A stretch of 64,000 nucleotides of DNA, taken from NCBI GenBank assembly GCA_951406725.2, contig OX597815.1, forward strand, positions 158,720,001 to 158,784,000, in the 5' to 3' direction. The notes below the pieces were generated by a model. That model searched no databases, was not told the origin of the DNA, and was given only the letters and a program-made list of their open reading frames with translations. Below are positions 27,257-39,940 of the stretch, piece by piece (the first letter of the stretch is position 1; each line of letters starts with the position of its first letter). The translations under genes and the position numbers were made by a program. The DNA comes from Octopus vulgaris (taxonomy: Eukaryota).

Positions 27257-27609
27257 TACCGTAAAGGTCCATGTATATAATACACTACCATTTACGCATC
27301 TCGATTTTGGAGTCAAAATTTCTTTAAAATCTCGTAATACCATGTATTATACGTAGTGCTGAACAACAGCTAGAAGTGTAGATAATCTACTATAATTCAA
27401 TATATTAGTTTTTAATATTTCCCTTATATAATTTAACTGATAGAAAATAATCTAAAAATTAGTCATTCTTTATTACATTATGATGTTATTAACAAAAAAT
27501 GGGTGGCGAACAACCTTTCTGTCTAATATCTTTTATAACAAGATTTTATAATTTTAATCTTGATTTGGGAGTAAAAATATGCGTAGTATATACGTGGAGT
27601 TTTACAGTA
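27257..27609. mobile_element. Tc1/pogo-type MITE
   Basis: Termini taccgtaaaggtccatgtatataatac / gtagtatatacgtggagttttacagta. Confidence 0.6.
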
Positions 27610-27635
27610 GTATAGTGATTTTGAATATAAACATA

Positions 27636-28019
27636 TCTATTATATAAAATCCATTCTGTCTGTCTGTGTGTGTGTCTTCTAGGATCTCGGGCATCCGCCC
27701 GATTGTGCTCAAATTTGACATGTAGCTACCGATGGTATCAGGGCGTGTATAAGTCTTGAAAAAATTACAAAAATCGATTCAAGGTGAGAATGTGATTGAT
27801 AAAGCCGTGGGAACGTGCATTTATAAAATTGTTTTTCTTGGAATAGAAAAAAGTCTATCTTTATTTCTTCTTTTGCTGGTGTCTCAAATTTAGGTTAAAT
27901 TAGTGTTTCTCAAAGGGGAGGCCTATGGGACGGTCGGACAAGTTGTTTTGAGAAAATTTGGTTTAAATGTTTGACAACTCAGCACCGTCCATTGGACGGG
28001 GGGGGGGCGTTTTGCTCGT
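27636..28019 (+). mobile_element. Helitron-like non-autonomous element
   Basis: 5' TCTATTATATAAAA, (CTGT)n, 3' hairpin ccgtcc-att-ggacgg shortly before a CTCG end; inverted copy at 59129-59485. Confidence 0.65.
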
Positions 28020-29599
28020 ATATACATATAATGGTTATTGTCTCTGATAGTTTCTTGTAGTGTTTCGAGATGTCTTGAGTCAAAAAGAGAGATAGATAGA
28101 TAGATAGATAGATATATATATATATAGAGAGAGAGAGGTGGGGAGAAAGAAAGAAAGAGAGAGAAATACAGACAGAGAGAAGAAAGATAGACAAACAGAC
28201 AGACAGAGTGTGAGTGTAAATGTAAGATAAAAATAAAGTTACTGAGTGACAAAGCGAGAGGATAAAGATTGAGTTTTTAAATGAAAGTATCATAATTGAA
28301 AAGCTAATGAACTGGGTACCCAGAAAAAAAAATTATATCTGGAATATAACAGAATGTAAGATATATATAGAATAATGTACTAAGAAGATCATGAAACATT
28401 GAAACTGTGGATAAGTTTATGTGTGTGTGAGTGTAGGAGAGGCATTGCCCATGACCTTAAGCTGACCAATCCAGATTGGTGAGGTTCATGTTGACAAGCT
28501 AACAAGTGTCTGCAGAGAAAACAGAAGGAACAGCTTTCTGGTGTGAAGTTTTGCAACTGTTTGAACTAGATGGTGATATTTTATTGTATGTCCAAATACA
28601 CTAGATAAAAGACGTGTTAAATGTTATGATTGTACGCAGTAATATATAACCAATAAAAAATATACGGGTAATTTCATTACCAGATTTCATTCCACTCCTT
28701 TTATTTATTCATTTTTTAGATACTTTTTTTTAGATATTTTGTGAAATATATGTTTATAGTTTTTTACTGTCCATGTGTGTCCGGGCTGTTGTTTTCAATG
28801 TATCATGTGTCGGCGACCAGTATGAATACCTCATGTGAACTCCGGATATTGTTCGCGCCAACTAAAACGGATGTCGTCTGCTTTCTCTTAATCAATCGGT
28901 CGCCGATGCTTTAACTTATATTTCTTTTCTTAATTAATCCAGCCCAATATAACGGATCTCTCAGTTAAAAACACATGATTTACAAATACCTAATAACTTT
29001 TAGATGGACAGATAAAAAATGTCGATTTTTTTTATCCCGCAATATCCTCTGAAGTATAAAATCAACGCGTTATGTTAATAAGCAACATGTAATGTGTTAA
29101 CTTTAACCAAACTTTTCAGGTTCTCTTGCTAAACCAACTATACATTTCAGAATATTGCCAATCACTTTGGGAACAGTACGTTATATACTAATTGGTATTC
29201 TTTCGTTTTATGTTCACAAAGTGAAATTAAATCTGGAAACTTATCGCGAACAATCAACATTAGACACTGATATAGTGAAAGTGAATGACTGAAAGTGAAC
29301 GGTGAGCGTTTACATGATAGTGCAGCATGATACAGTTTGAAAGTATGGATGACTTTTAATGAAAAGTTCGAGTGAGTGTTTTTAAAGAAGATTAATTATG
29401 AAATAAAAATGAATGACCATAAGATTTGTAAGTGAAAAATGAAAGCAAAGTATTTAATTTATATGTAATAATGTATTATGCAAATCTAAAATTGCATTAA
29501 TGCATTGCTTTTCTGCGACAGGAAAATTCTAGTAGATAAATTAAAATCAGAGCAGTTGATGTTTCGTTTCTTTTTCTCTCTTATGCTCGCCCTTCTTCC

Positions 29600-30480
29600 T
29601 AAATGTTAGGACAAATATAGGTAGAACATTCTTACACTTATTAGATATTCACTTTCCTAGCAACCACAGAGACGGAAAGATATTTAATAGGCACACTATT
29701 AAAATCACTTTTCTTGTCCTGCTAATGTAAAGACCTATAACAATAAACACCCGATGACTCAATCCTGTCCGGAATGCAGATGCAGAGATAAATCTAAATA
29801 CCATCTCGATCTGTCATACGATATATTCTCCGTTGTTTATGAAGGATGGTTGTCGGCAAACTATGATAACGGCCGAACAGAGACCAAGCATTATACTAGA
29901 TCAGTGGGAGAAAGATTTAAATCCAGATACAACAGTCATCTATAGACCTTTAGGTATCACGAGAAGAGATATGCAACAACCCTTTCTGCATTAATCGAGT
30001 CGCTTAAAGACGAAGGCATCAATTACAGCATTAAATGGAAAATCCTTTCAAAGACCAAACTGTTGACGGGTCAAAACGATGTTCGATATGTTCCTTAGAA
30101 AGACAATACTTTTTAACAAAACTTTAGAACCTTCAATGATGGTGTAAATTCCAGGTGCGAAATTCTTTTTTTATGTCCGCATCATAAAAAAATACATCTT
30201 GGCGGAAATTAGAGATAGACCATGGGACAAGTCATAAACCATTCCAGTCTCGTTTATGTAATTTTGATATGCATTATGTTTGTTGTAACGTTGGTTATCT
30301 CCTCTGAATTTTTCTGGGTTTTTAAAAAATTTTTATATGAGCCTTCTCATTCAAACGTCGACTGCTTCAAACGCAGTTATCAAACCGTCTTGTTTTTATC
30401 AGCTTGGAAAATGACAAAATAGATTGGTATTTTGACCAGGAAATCCTGAGTAGCTCTCTTTCAAAAGACTTGCTGTTTTT
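29600..30480 (+). mobile_element. Decayed Penelope-like element, Naiad-type GIY-YIG region plus 3' repeat with degenerate hammerhead (30401-30455)
   Basis: CRCRDKSK..SVVY..RFKSRYNSH*TFR...TTLS..SLK...YSIKWKIL..CSICSLEK..NSRCE...CPH pattern, with stops and frameshifts. Confidence 0.8.
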
Positions 30481-30543
30481 ATTATATCTTTACTTTTTTA
30501 GCTGATCGTATCCTACAATATTTGTTGAAGTCTTCGCACACTG

Positions 30544-30629
<86 letters not shown>

Positions 30630-30697
30630 GTGTGTGTGGGCGTGCATGTCTGTGTGAAGAGTGTTTGAAGTGATGTACAGATATTGTGTATTGAGAA

Positions 30698-30852
30698 AAA
30701 GGAGGCAGTCAGAATTTTGGACAAACCTTTATTAGCACTTTCGTTCGTTTACGAACTCGTCAAGACAAAATCATTTAGATTTTGATTTGACGAGTTCGTA
30801 AACGAACGAAAGTGCTAATGAAGGATTGTCCAAAAGTCTGACTGCCTCCTTT
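30698..30852. repeat. ~75-bp-arm hairpin made of two back-to-back hammerhead-like motifs
   Basis: Arms 30698-30772 and 30778-30852 are reverse complements with few mismatches; each reads UUGACGA GUUCG-UAAA-CGAAC GAAA GUGC UA. Confidence 0.85.
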
Positions 30853-30914
30853 CTCTCTCTCTCGCTCTGTATATATATATATATATATATACATATATAC
30901 TCTTTACTCTTTAC

Positions 30915-31140
30915 TCTTTTACTCTTTTACTTGTTTCAGTCATTTGACTGCGACCATGCTGGAGCACCACCTTTAGTTGAGAAAATCGAGCCCAGGACTT
31001 ATTCTTTGTAAGCTTAGTACTTATTCTATCGGTCTGTTTTGCCGAACCACTAAGTTATGGGGACGTAAACACACCAGCATCAGTTGTCAAGCGATGTTGG
31101 GGGAACAAACACAGACACAGAAACATAATACACACACACG

Positions 31141-31172
<32 letters not shown>

Positions 31173-31195
31173 CGACGGGCTTCTTTCAGTTTCTG
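30915..31195 (-). mobile_element. SINE family A, 3' two-thirds
   Basis: cttgtttcagtcatttgactgcgaccatgctggagcacc...(CA)(TA)n cgacgggcttctttcagtttc. Confidence 0.85.
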
Positions 31196-31199
31196 TCTG

Positions 31200-31248
<49 letters not shown>

Positions 31249-31477
31249 ACATTAACATTTTTATCTTTGAATCTGCTCATTTTCAGGGTGTCATTATTGT
31301 GATTGCCTCCCAGAATATTCAGAGCACGAACGAAACTAAGGACCATTTTTTTTGTGTGCACAAACCGAATATCTTTGATGAGATGGGTAGGCAGTAACTT
31401 ATCAACCGGTATCTAGGGATGAATACTTAACTAGCTTGATGTCTTTGAAATTTGGGTTGACAACGATCTTGTAATTG

Positions 31478-31524
<47 letters not shown>

Positions 31525-31623
31525 TAGTTGAATGAATTATCCTAGTATGGATAATTCGGTTAACCGATACCTGGGTAGCCATCTAAGAGTTTTTGTTCTT
31601 GATGCTGACATAAGTTCCTTGTC

Positions 31624-31704
31624 TCTCCTGATGAGAAGGCAGCATAATGCACCCTCTATTCCTTCGAAATTAGGAATATGCAGCCTTCGAAACATATGTC
31701 GAGA
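31624..31704 (+). ncRNA. Canonical type I hammerhead ribozyme with extended stem II
   Basis: UCUC CUGAUGA GAAGGC...GCCUUC GAAA CAUAUG UC^GAGA; all core nucleotides canonical; GUC cleavage predicted after 31700. Confidence 0.88.
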
Positions 31705-31753
31705 ATAAAGGAATTTTGTTAAATCGTCGTTCAACTCCATTCTTTCATTTATT

Positions 31754-31798
<45 letters not shown>

Positions 31799-32140
31799 GT
31801 GTGATAACAATGGTGCAGAGGACGCTTATTGACGTAGAAATAGGTTTCCTCTATTGTACTCTTGTCACCAAATAATCAAATTGTATTTTCCTTAATGGTA
31901 AAATGCAAGAGCTGGTCCCAGTTGTTACCTAGCGATTATTCTACCTCTTCTAAGAAAGAAGATAATTTGAATAAAGCACGAATTTATCTATTATTGTATC
32001 TCATATACCTTTGTTTGTTTCCGTTCTCCATATGCATGCCACTGGCTGTTCTGTTTATTTGTCTAAGCACATTTTCGTTTCATACACGCGTGCTTAGACA
32101 TACATACATACATACATACATACATACATACATACATACA

Positions 32141-32174
<34 letters not shown>

Positions 32175-32305
32175 CATACATACATACATACATTCATACA
32201 TACATACATACATACATACATACATACATACAAACATACATACATAACCACACACACACACACACAAACAAACATACATACATATAGACAGACAGATAGA
32301 CAGAC

Positions 32306-32368
<63 letters not shown>

Positions 32369-32669
32369 CAGACAGAAAGAAATAGATATGCGTGTGTGTG
32401 CGTGTACGTGTCTCCGTACATGCTTGTGTGCTTGTGTGTGTAGGTGTGAATACATACATAAATACACAAACATATACATACATACATGCATACATACATA
32501 CATATGCATGTATTGTATATATGTTCGTATGCTTGTGTGTGTGTATACATATATACATTCAATGAAAACACGTATTATGAAAACGCATCTGCATGTACGC
32601 CTTTTATTTGTATGTCTGTTAGTCTCATGTCTGTATGTTTATTTGTGTGTAAGAGAGCAAGAGCGAGCG

Positions 32670-32705
<36 letters not shown>

Positions 32706-32796
32706 ATGGCGGAGAGAGGAAGAGATAAAGTATAGGCTAGAGAACGAGTCATACACATACGCTTACACATGCACACACTTGCGCACATATATTTGT

Positions 32797-32840
<44 letters not shown>

Positions 32841-32905
32841 ATGTATATATGTGTGTGAGTGTGTGTATATATATATATATGTATATGTATATATATATGT
32901 ATATA

Positions 32906-32955
<50 letters not shown>

Positions 32956-33650
32956 CTATATATATATATATATTATATATATATATATGTACATATATAG
33001 ATATATATATATATATATATAATATATATACAAATATATGTGTAAGTTTGTGTGCGTGAGTGCGCGCGTTCATATATATATATAAATACATACATACATA
33101 TTCATACAGAGAGAGTTACAGAGTGAGGTGGGAGAGAGCAATACAAAATAGACAGGGGGGGGGGGAGAGAAAAATGGAGTAGAAACCAAAACTGGAGAGT
33201 ATGAAAAGAATAACAGAGGTAAAAAGGTGGGTGGGTTTATCACTGTATACCCACCTCCTATGGAGAAAACTATTTCGAAGTCTTTTTTCCTCATTTCTCA
33301 TTTACATCGTCGAATAGCCTGCCTGCTAGCCCCTGCTCTGGTCCCCACAGAGCAAAACACCTCGCTATGATGCGTTACGCTCAATTTCCTGCACCTCCCA
33401 ACCACACTCCGCCTCCCCCTACTTTCACCGCCACAGACACCACACGCTCACACTAACACTTCATTTTTTCTCCCTCCCTCTTTCTCGATATCTCTCTCCT
33501 CTCCCTCTCCCTGTCTCCCTCTTTTCTTCTCCATTCCTGATACCCCTCCTCCTCCTTTCTAGTCTGCTCTATGTTCCGACCATATGGTTTCATATTCAAC
33601 GTTCTACATACATACATATATATCTATATCTATATCTATCTATCTATCTA

Positions 33651-33694
<44 letters not shown>

Positions 33695-33770
33695 TGTACA
33701 TATATATATATACATGTTCATATTTATATATGTACATATATATATATATTTACATATATATATGTACATG

Positions 33771-33802
<32 letters not shown>

Positions 33803-33809
33803 ACTGAAC

Positions 33810-33888
<79 letters not shown>

Positions 33889-36800
33889 TATGTATATCTT
33901 ATTTATTTTTATGTATGCACATATATTACTTCATACATATATATATATACGTATGTATATGTGTGTGTATGCGCGCGCGTGTGTGTAGATTGACTGAGTG
34001 ACTCTCTTTCACGTAATAGACATTAATACTCGCAGACTTTCAATAACACTATAGTTTTGTTATTGATGTTACTTACTTTTAGTTCATACTTGATTGAACA
34101 CAGTTTTGATCATTGGTATTCTCTCCGTGATCCTCCTGTCTACTCAGGGAAAGCAGGACCAAATGATAAATGACCTTGAGTTGATGTAAGAAACCCTTCT
34201 TGCCTCGAGCCAACGAAGGAACCCCTGTGTGTTTTACTCGACTTGATGATAAGAATAGGGACAGCATTTTCCTACATTTGCACTCTGTCATCTTAAAATT
34301 AAGAAGGGCACATGGAGCCATACATCTTGATACACATACTCTTACAAAAGTTGGGATTGTCACTACTGGAACACCTTTGAGCATAAATATGCTCTAATAA
34401 GGCCGTGTTCCTCGTCAGACTTTGGTGCCTAGGGGTGCTGCAAATATTCAGGGTAGGCACCAATTTGTTGTGTTGCTAAAGTAGGTAGTCACTAAAATGG
34501 AGTAAATATGAGGTGCATCATTGAATAATGAGAGGGCAGTGCCGGGCAATGCCATCCAGTGCACCACCTTAGCGACGGGCATGATTAAGACTAACCAGTT
34601 GCCAAACGATGTTTCCGTTCCTAAGACATCAGGGTAAGATTTAAGTGAGATTTGACTCTTATTTTTAGCAGATCGAGCTATCCCATAGATATTACCATGT
34701 GTTTACAAAGGCATGGACTGGTTGAATATAGACAGCGAGAAAGAGAGAGCGAGGGGGGGGGGGGGAAGAGAGAGAATGGGAAAAGGCACTGCGCAAATCG
34801 CCTTTGTTGTTTATAAAGTTTAATCCAGGTCAGCACTAATCAAGCAGCCGACCTATGATCAAAAGCGTTCCTTATATAGCTATACTGATTTTGTATATAT
34901 GGAACAACATTGTACGATGTGCGGTTGATTCTTCCGATTTTTCAGACATTAGGATGATATTAGAAGGAAGTTTGGTTGTTATATCAAGCAGGTCGACTGC
35001 TGATATTGAAGCTAACTCGTTGTCTCGTTTATCTCTTATCGATTAAAAAGTTCCAATCATATTCAGTGAATGGCGAATTAATCGACTATTTTCATCCTAT
35101 GAAACAAGTATGAATTGTATATATGTTAGAAAGCCCTGGTAAAAATGTAGATATTTTAGCAAAATCTGCAGAGCACTTGATTAAATGCTGTGCTTTTTTT
35201 AAAACAACCTTTTGGCAATCAATTGGCAGGATAGTCAGAATAAAATATAGATAGTGAAACATTTAAACACGTTACTCTAATGATATAGATGTCACGTTTC
35301 CACTATATCAGTTGCACTGAAATATAACAATTGTTTCCAATACCTGTTGACCCCACTAAGTAGCAGTTCTATCTCAAGGCGTCGAAACTGTCAGAATCTT
35401 TAGTGTGATAGCTGAAGAAGAGTAAATTTTCGCTTGTTCTGCGCCCATTCCTTATATATGTTTGTGTGCATGCGTGCGTACACATGTGTATGTGTGTGTG
35501 GGGGGGCGTGAGTGCTTGTGCCTGTGTATATATGTATGTATGTATGTGACCTAAAGCCTATGAAAGAAATCCATATTGCTAGGAGCCAGGATAGGACCCT
35601 TTATGTGGTTGCTCAACCTGCAAGAAATGGCAGCAGAATCATCTCCCTCAAATCATATCTTGCTAATTTAACATAGAAGGGAACATTGGACAATGTAGTT
35701 CTTGATGTACAAAAAAGAAGAGATGGTCACTTTTGGAACGTTTTTTTATTGTAACTCCGCTAGATTAGGGTTACCCAGAAGCTAAACCACTGCAGTTATC
35801 GATTTTGCTTATCAGTCGAAGTAAGCCTTTACTTATCCTTTGGTGCAAATATTCACATTTAAATCAAGAGGACAAACATATACACTTGCATACACACACA
35901 AACGCATACAAAAACACGCATGCATTCACATTGACACTTTCTCTCTCACACACACGAGCACATACATTTGTATGCATTCACACACACGCATCAGTATCTG
36001 CAGATTGGCAAACCCATACACACATACATGCATATACACGCTTTATTTTTATTCCCGTTCTCTTTCTTTCTCTCCTACTCATTATGTTCTTCTTTCTCTT
36101 TCTCACACGCTCTTACTCTTAGAAGTATAGAGAATAGATTTACGAACAAACGTCCTCACCTTGTATTTTATCTTATTTGTATTTTTATCTTTTGCATTCT
36201 TCGTTCGTCGTCATCATCGTCATGATCGCTACCACCAGCACCAGCACCACCACAACCATCATCATCATAATTTCTACCACTACCATCACCAGTAGTAGCA
36301 GCAGCTGCGCAGTCGTCATCGTTGACTTTCCCTCACCGCTACCACCGCCACCACCACCGTTTACTCAAGTCTACTTCTAGCTAAAAAAAAACTATCACTG
36401 CGCAAAAAACAACCAACCTCCATTAACCTACCACTATGATCATTATCATCATCATCGTGGTCGCCGTGGTCGTCGTCGTCATCATCACCACCACCAAAAC
36501 CACTACCACCACCAGCAGTCATCATATGTCGTCACCACGGTCTCGGTGACTGGCGACACAATATCGTATGTGCACTATACTAAACAGCAAGGACTAAAAA
36601 GCTACATACCACACAGCAGGCCATATGTGACGACAATCGTCTGAACTCTAGCCTGAAATGGAACTAAGTGAGCCGAACTACGTAAGATATTTGGATCTAA
36701 AGTGAAATGGTTTCAATGTTGAAACAATTAGAATTAAAAACCATTTTATAAACAATGGCCTCATTCATTGCCAATTCTGTGCCCACCACCATCCCCGTTT

Positions 36801-37060
36801 TGGGGGGTGGGGGGAAGCCGGTCAGAGGAAGAAAGAATGAAAGAAAGGAAGAAAGAGAGGGAGAAAGAAAGAAAGGAAGTATGAAAGAAAGGGAGAAAGA
36901 GAAATGGATGTATTTTACTTTAAGATAGTCGGAGGGGTTGAAGGGAGGATAGTGCCCGTGAACTTTGTAGCCCTCTTCCTCCTCCTCCTCCTCCACCACC
37001 ACCACCACCACCATCACCAATCCGATTTGTGAAATGCATGTGTTTATCTTAAGCGTGTGT

Positions 37061-37097
37061 AACGCTTCTCAGCCTTTTGGCTAAGATCAAAGTATAG
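37061..37097 (+). pseudogene. 3'-truncated U2 snRNA copy
   Basis: cgcttctcagccttttggctaagatcaaagtatag versus U2 5' end ATCGCTTCTCGGCCTTTTGGCTAAGATCAAGTGTAG; similarity ends near the branch-point recognition site. Confidence 0.85.
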
Positions 37098-37129
37098 CAT
37101 ATTGGACGTATGTGGGATGACATGTATAA

Positions 37130-37484
37130 CAAGGGCTTCTCAACCATTTTTTATCTATAGACCCCTTTAATTAATATTTTATTCTGGTGGACCGCCATAG
37201 CCATTCAATGCTTAAAACCAAGTCTTATAGAAACTTCTTCCAAATTTCTATTTTGTTTTTAACACATTCACTTGTGTAGGTTAAACTATGTAAAATGTTA
37301 GAGAAAGAAACCTAGCTGTTTCTTGCTAGAGATACCAATACATTACACCGAAAGTAAAAAAAAAAAAAACTTTTCACGGCCCTTAAAATATTGTGGGTCC
37401 CCAATTTACTATTTTGTTGTGTAAACTCCGAAAATTGTTATATAGACCCTCAGGGGATACATGGATCCCGGTTAGGAACCACTG
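37130..37484 (+). mobile_element. hAT-type MITE with 8-bp TSD
   Basis: TIRs caagggcttctcaacc / ggttaggaaccactg; flanks atgtataa / atgtatag. Confidence 0.8.
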
Positions 37485-38444
37485 ATGTATAGGGAAACGT
37501 GGGCAGGTAATGAATTCCGGACAGTCATCGTCTTGGAAGGATACAATAGAGTGAAAATGTCTTTGTGAGGGATTTGGGAGAAAGAAGAATATACATGTCT
37601 ATCAATTGGAATCGAGTGGAAAGGATATTTGGTAGGCATCTGTCTTATATCTGTTGTTGTTTCTCTGACTGGTATAAAACGCTTTAGCACAATCGTTTTG
37701 GTAATGCCCATTTGACGTCGCTGAACCGACGTTGACTTATTTGACGTCAGACAATGTTTCGCTTTCTCGCTCTCCCTCTCTTATCCCCTCTCTCTCTTTC
37801 CCTCTCTTACTCTGTGTGTGGATGTGTTTGTGTATGTGTGAGTATATTTCTATTTATGCATATGATGAACGGGAAACTGTTTAGGTCAATTGTGTTCAGT
37901 TAATGAGTTGTATTATCTCAGTCCCTCTGTCCCTCCTTCCTTCTCTGTCACTCCCACTCTCACTCTTTCTCTTTATCTCTCCTTTTCTCTCTCTTTCTCT
38001 TTCTCTCTCTCTTTCTCATTCTATCACTACGTGTATATTTCTGCGCTCTCGCGTGGGCTTTGGTATGTATGTATTTGTCTCTTGCGCCAAAAAGTTGTCG
38101 TCCTCGAAACAGGTTGCAAGTCCAGTCAGCTATTGGTTCGTCTGCGTCAGAACAACTGCGCCAAATTGTTTTATTCTATTGTATTCCTTGGTAAATAACA
38201 TCTTAATTCTTTTAAATCATGTGTCGATTGTTCTGAGCTTTCAGGGCAGCTTATCATTAGAGAATTTTTCCTTTTCTTTTGCAACTTTCTCTTTCTTTCT
38301 TCCTTTCTTTGTTCCCCTCTCTCTTCCCACCCACCAAAATTGAGTCGTTGCTTTAGGCCTGCTTTTATCCGCTGGTTACTTGCTGCTTTATTGGGAATTA
38401 CTTCATTTAAGAAAGAAAAAAAAGGACAGAAAATGAAAATGTCC

Positions 38445-38806
38445 AGATGGTTCCGAGTTTAATCCAACTGTATGGCATCTCGGGCAAGTGTCATCTTCCA
38501 TATCCTCGGGCGGACTAAAGCCTTGTGAGTGGATTTAATTGATGGAAACTATAAAGAAGCCCGTCGCATATTTGTGTGTGTGTTTGTGTGCCTTTGTGTG
38601 AGTTTTTGTATCTGTGTTTGTCACCCACTGCCGCTTGACATCCAATATTGATGTGCTTATATCCCCGTAATTTAGCGGTTTGACAAAAGATTTGAAGCTT
38701 TAAAAACTAAGTACTAAGGTCGATTCATTTGACTAAAACTTCTTCAAGGTGATGCCCCAGCATGGCCATAGTCTAATGATTGAAACAAGTAAAAAATAAA
38801 AGATAA
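38445..38806 (+). mobile_element. SINE family A, diverged
   Basis: atggttccgagtttaatcc..gggcaagtgtc..gccttgtgagtgg...ccccagcatggccatagtctaatgattgaaacaag. Confidence 0.85.
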
Positions 38807-38949
38807 AAGGAGCAGAGGGCAATATAATAGCAAAAGTAGAGCCTTTGCGAGAAAATAGAGCGTTTTCTCTGAGGTAGTAGGTGCTGTTGTTGTCATTACT
38901 GCTGCTGCTGTTGTAGTTAGCTATTATTATTGTTCTTACTGTTGCTGTC

Positions 38950-39437
38950 TTCTTTCTGCTTCCAATCAGGACTCACGCCATTGGCCACAAAGAATAATCT
39001 CTAATTCGAGCTTACTCTAAGCTACTAAGAATGCGTGTGGCAACTTGAAGATCTATCCACCACACGCGATAGACTGGCGGTTGACTCGGGCGCGAAAGCT
39101 ACGTTGTTATCCTCATTCCGTAAATAGTGGCTTTTAACGAGTGGAGAGCTGAACCATCCTGGGGTACAGAGGATTCGCAATCTAGAGTAGCGTCTGAAAA
39201 TTTACCACACCATAGTGGGTTACACCATGGTTCCTCTGCTCTGTAGCAGAAGTAGGAAGAAAGAGTGAGAGGAAGTTGAGGTGAAACAGTACAGCGGGGT
39301 TCACCACCCCAGCCCGCCGGAGCGTCGTGGAGCATAGGTGTTTTTGCTCAATAAACACAATGCCCGGTCTGGGAATCGAAACCACGTTCTTACAACCGCG
39401 AGTCCGCTGCCCTAACCGCTGGGCCATTGCACCTCCA
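38950..39437 (-). mobile_element. tRNA-derived SINE family C, full length
   Basis: Aligns end to end with 1768-2259; 12-bp TSD tactgttgctgt at 38937-38948 and 39439-39450. Confidence 0.88.
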
Positions 39438-39940
39438 CTACTGTTGCTGTTTAGCCTAATGTCGGTCCTGGTCGAGATCTGTGACCAAAGGCACTCCAAC
39501 TACAACCATCGTACCGCGTTTAATTATACAGGTGCAGTGATTGAAGAGCTTTGGTGAGTGAATCTTTGCCATTCAGTAGAATAATGGGGTAGTTTTTGAC
39601 TGTAGTCTAGGTAATAGACAAATTTGTCTGGCCAATGCCTCCACCACCACCCACTGTATCTTCCGCTTTCTACCCGAAGGACAATATCCGGGAGAACCAT
39701 TTGATAGCACTGGCATGGTGAAAATAGCTGTAAAGGCGTATAACAGTGTACACCTTAAATTTTTTTAAAGAGTATTCCAGAATTAAGATCAACGTTGGCA
39801 CAAATACATCTCTTATGAAGATAGACTATGTTGAATAGTGCCTTTGTACAGAGGAAGAGTTTCGTGCAATTCAAGCAATCTATGTATGTTAGTTAATGAA
39901 AATGCTTTGCCCACTTTTCCATTACTTTCGATGTGACCCT

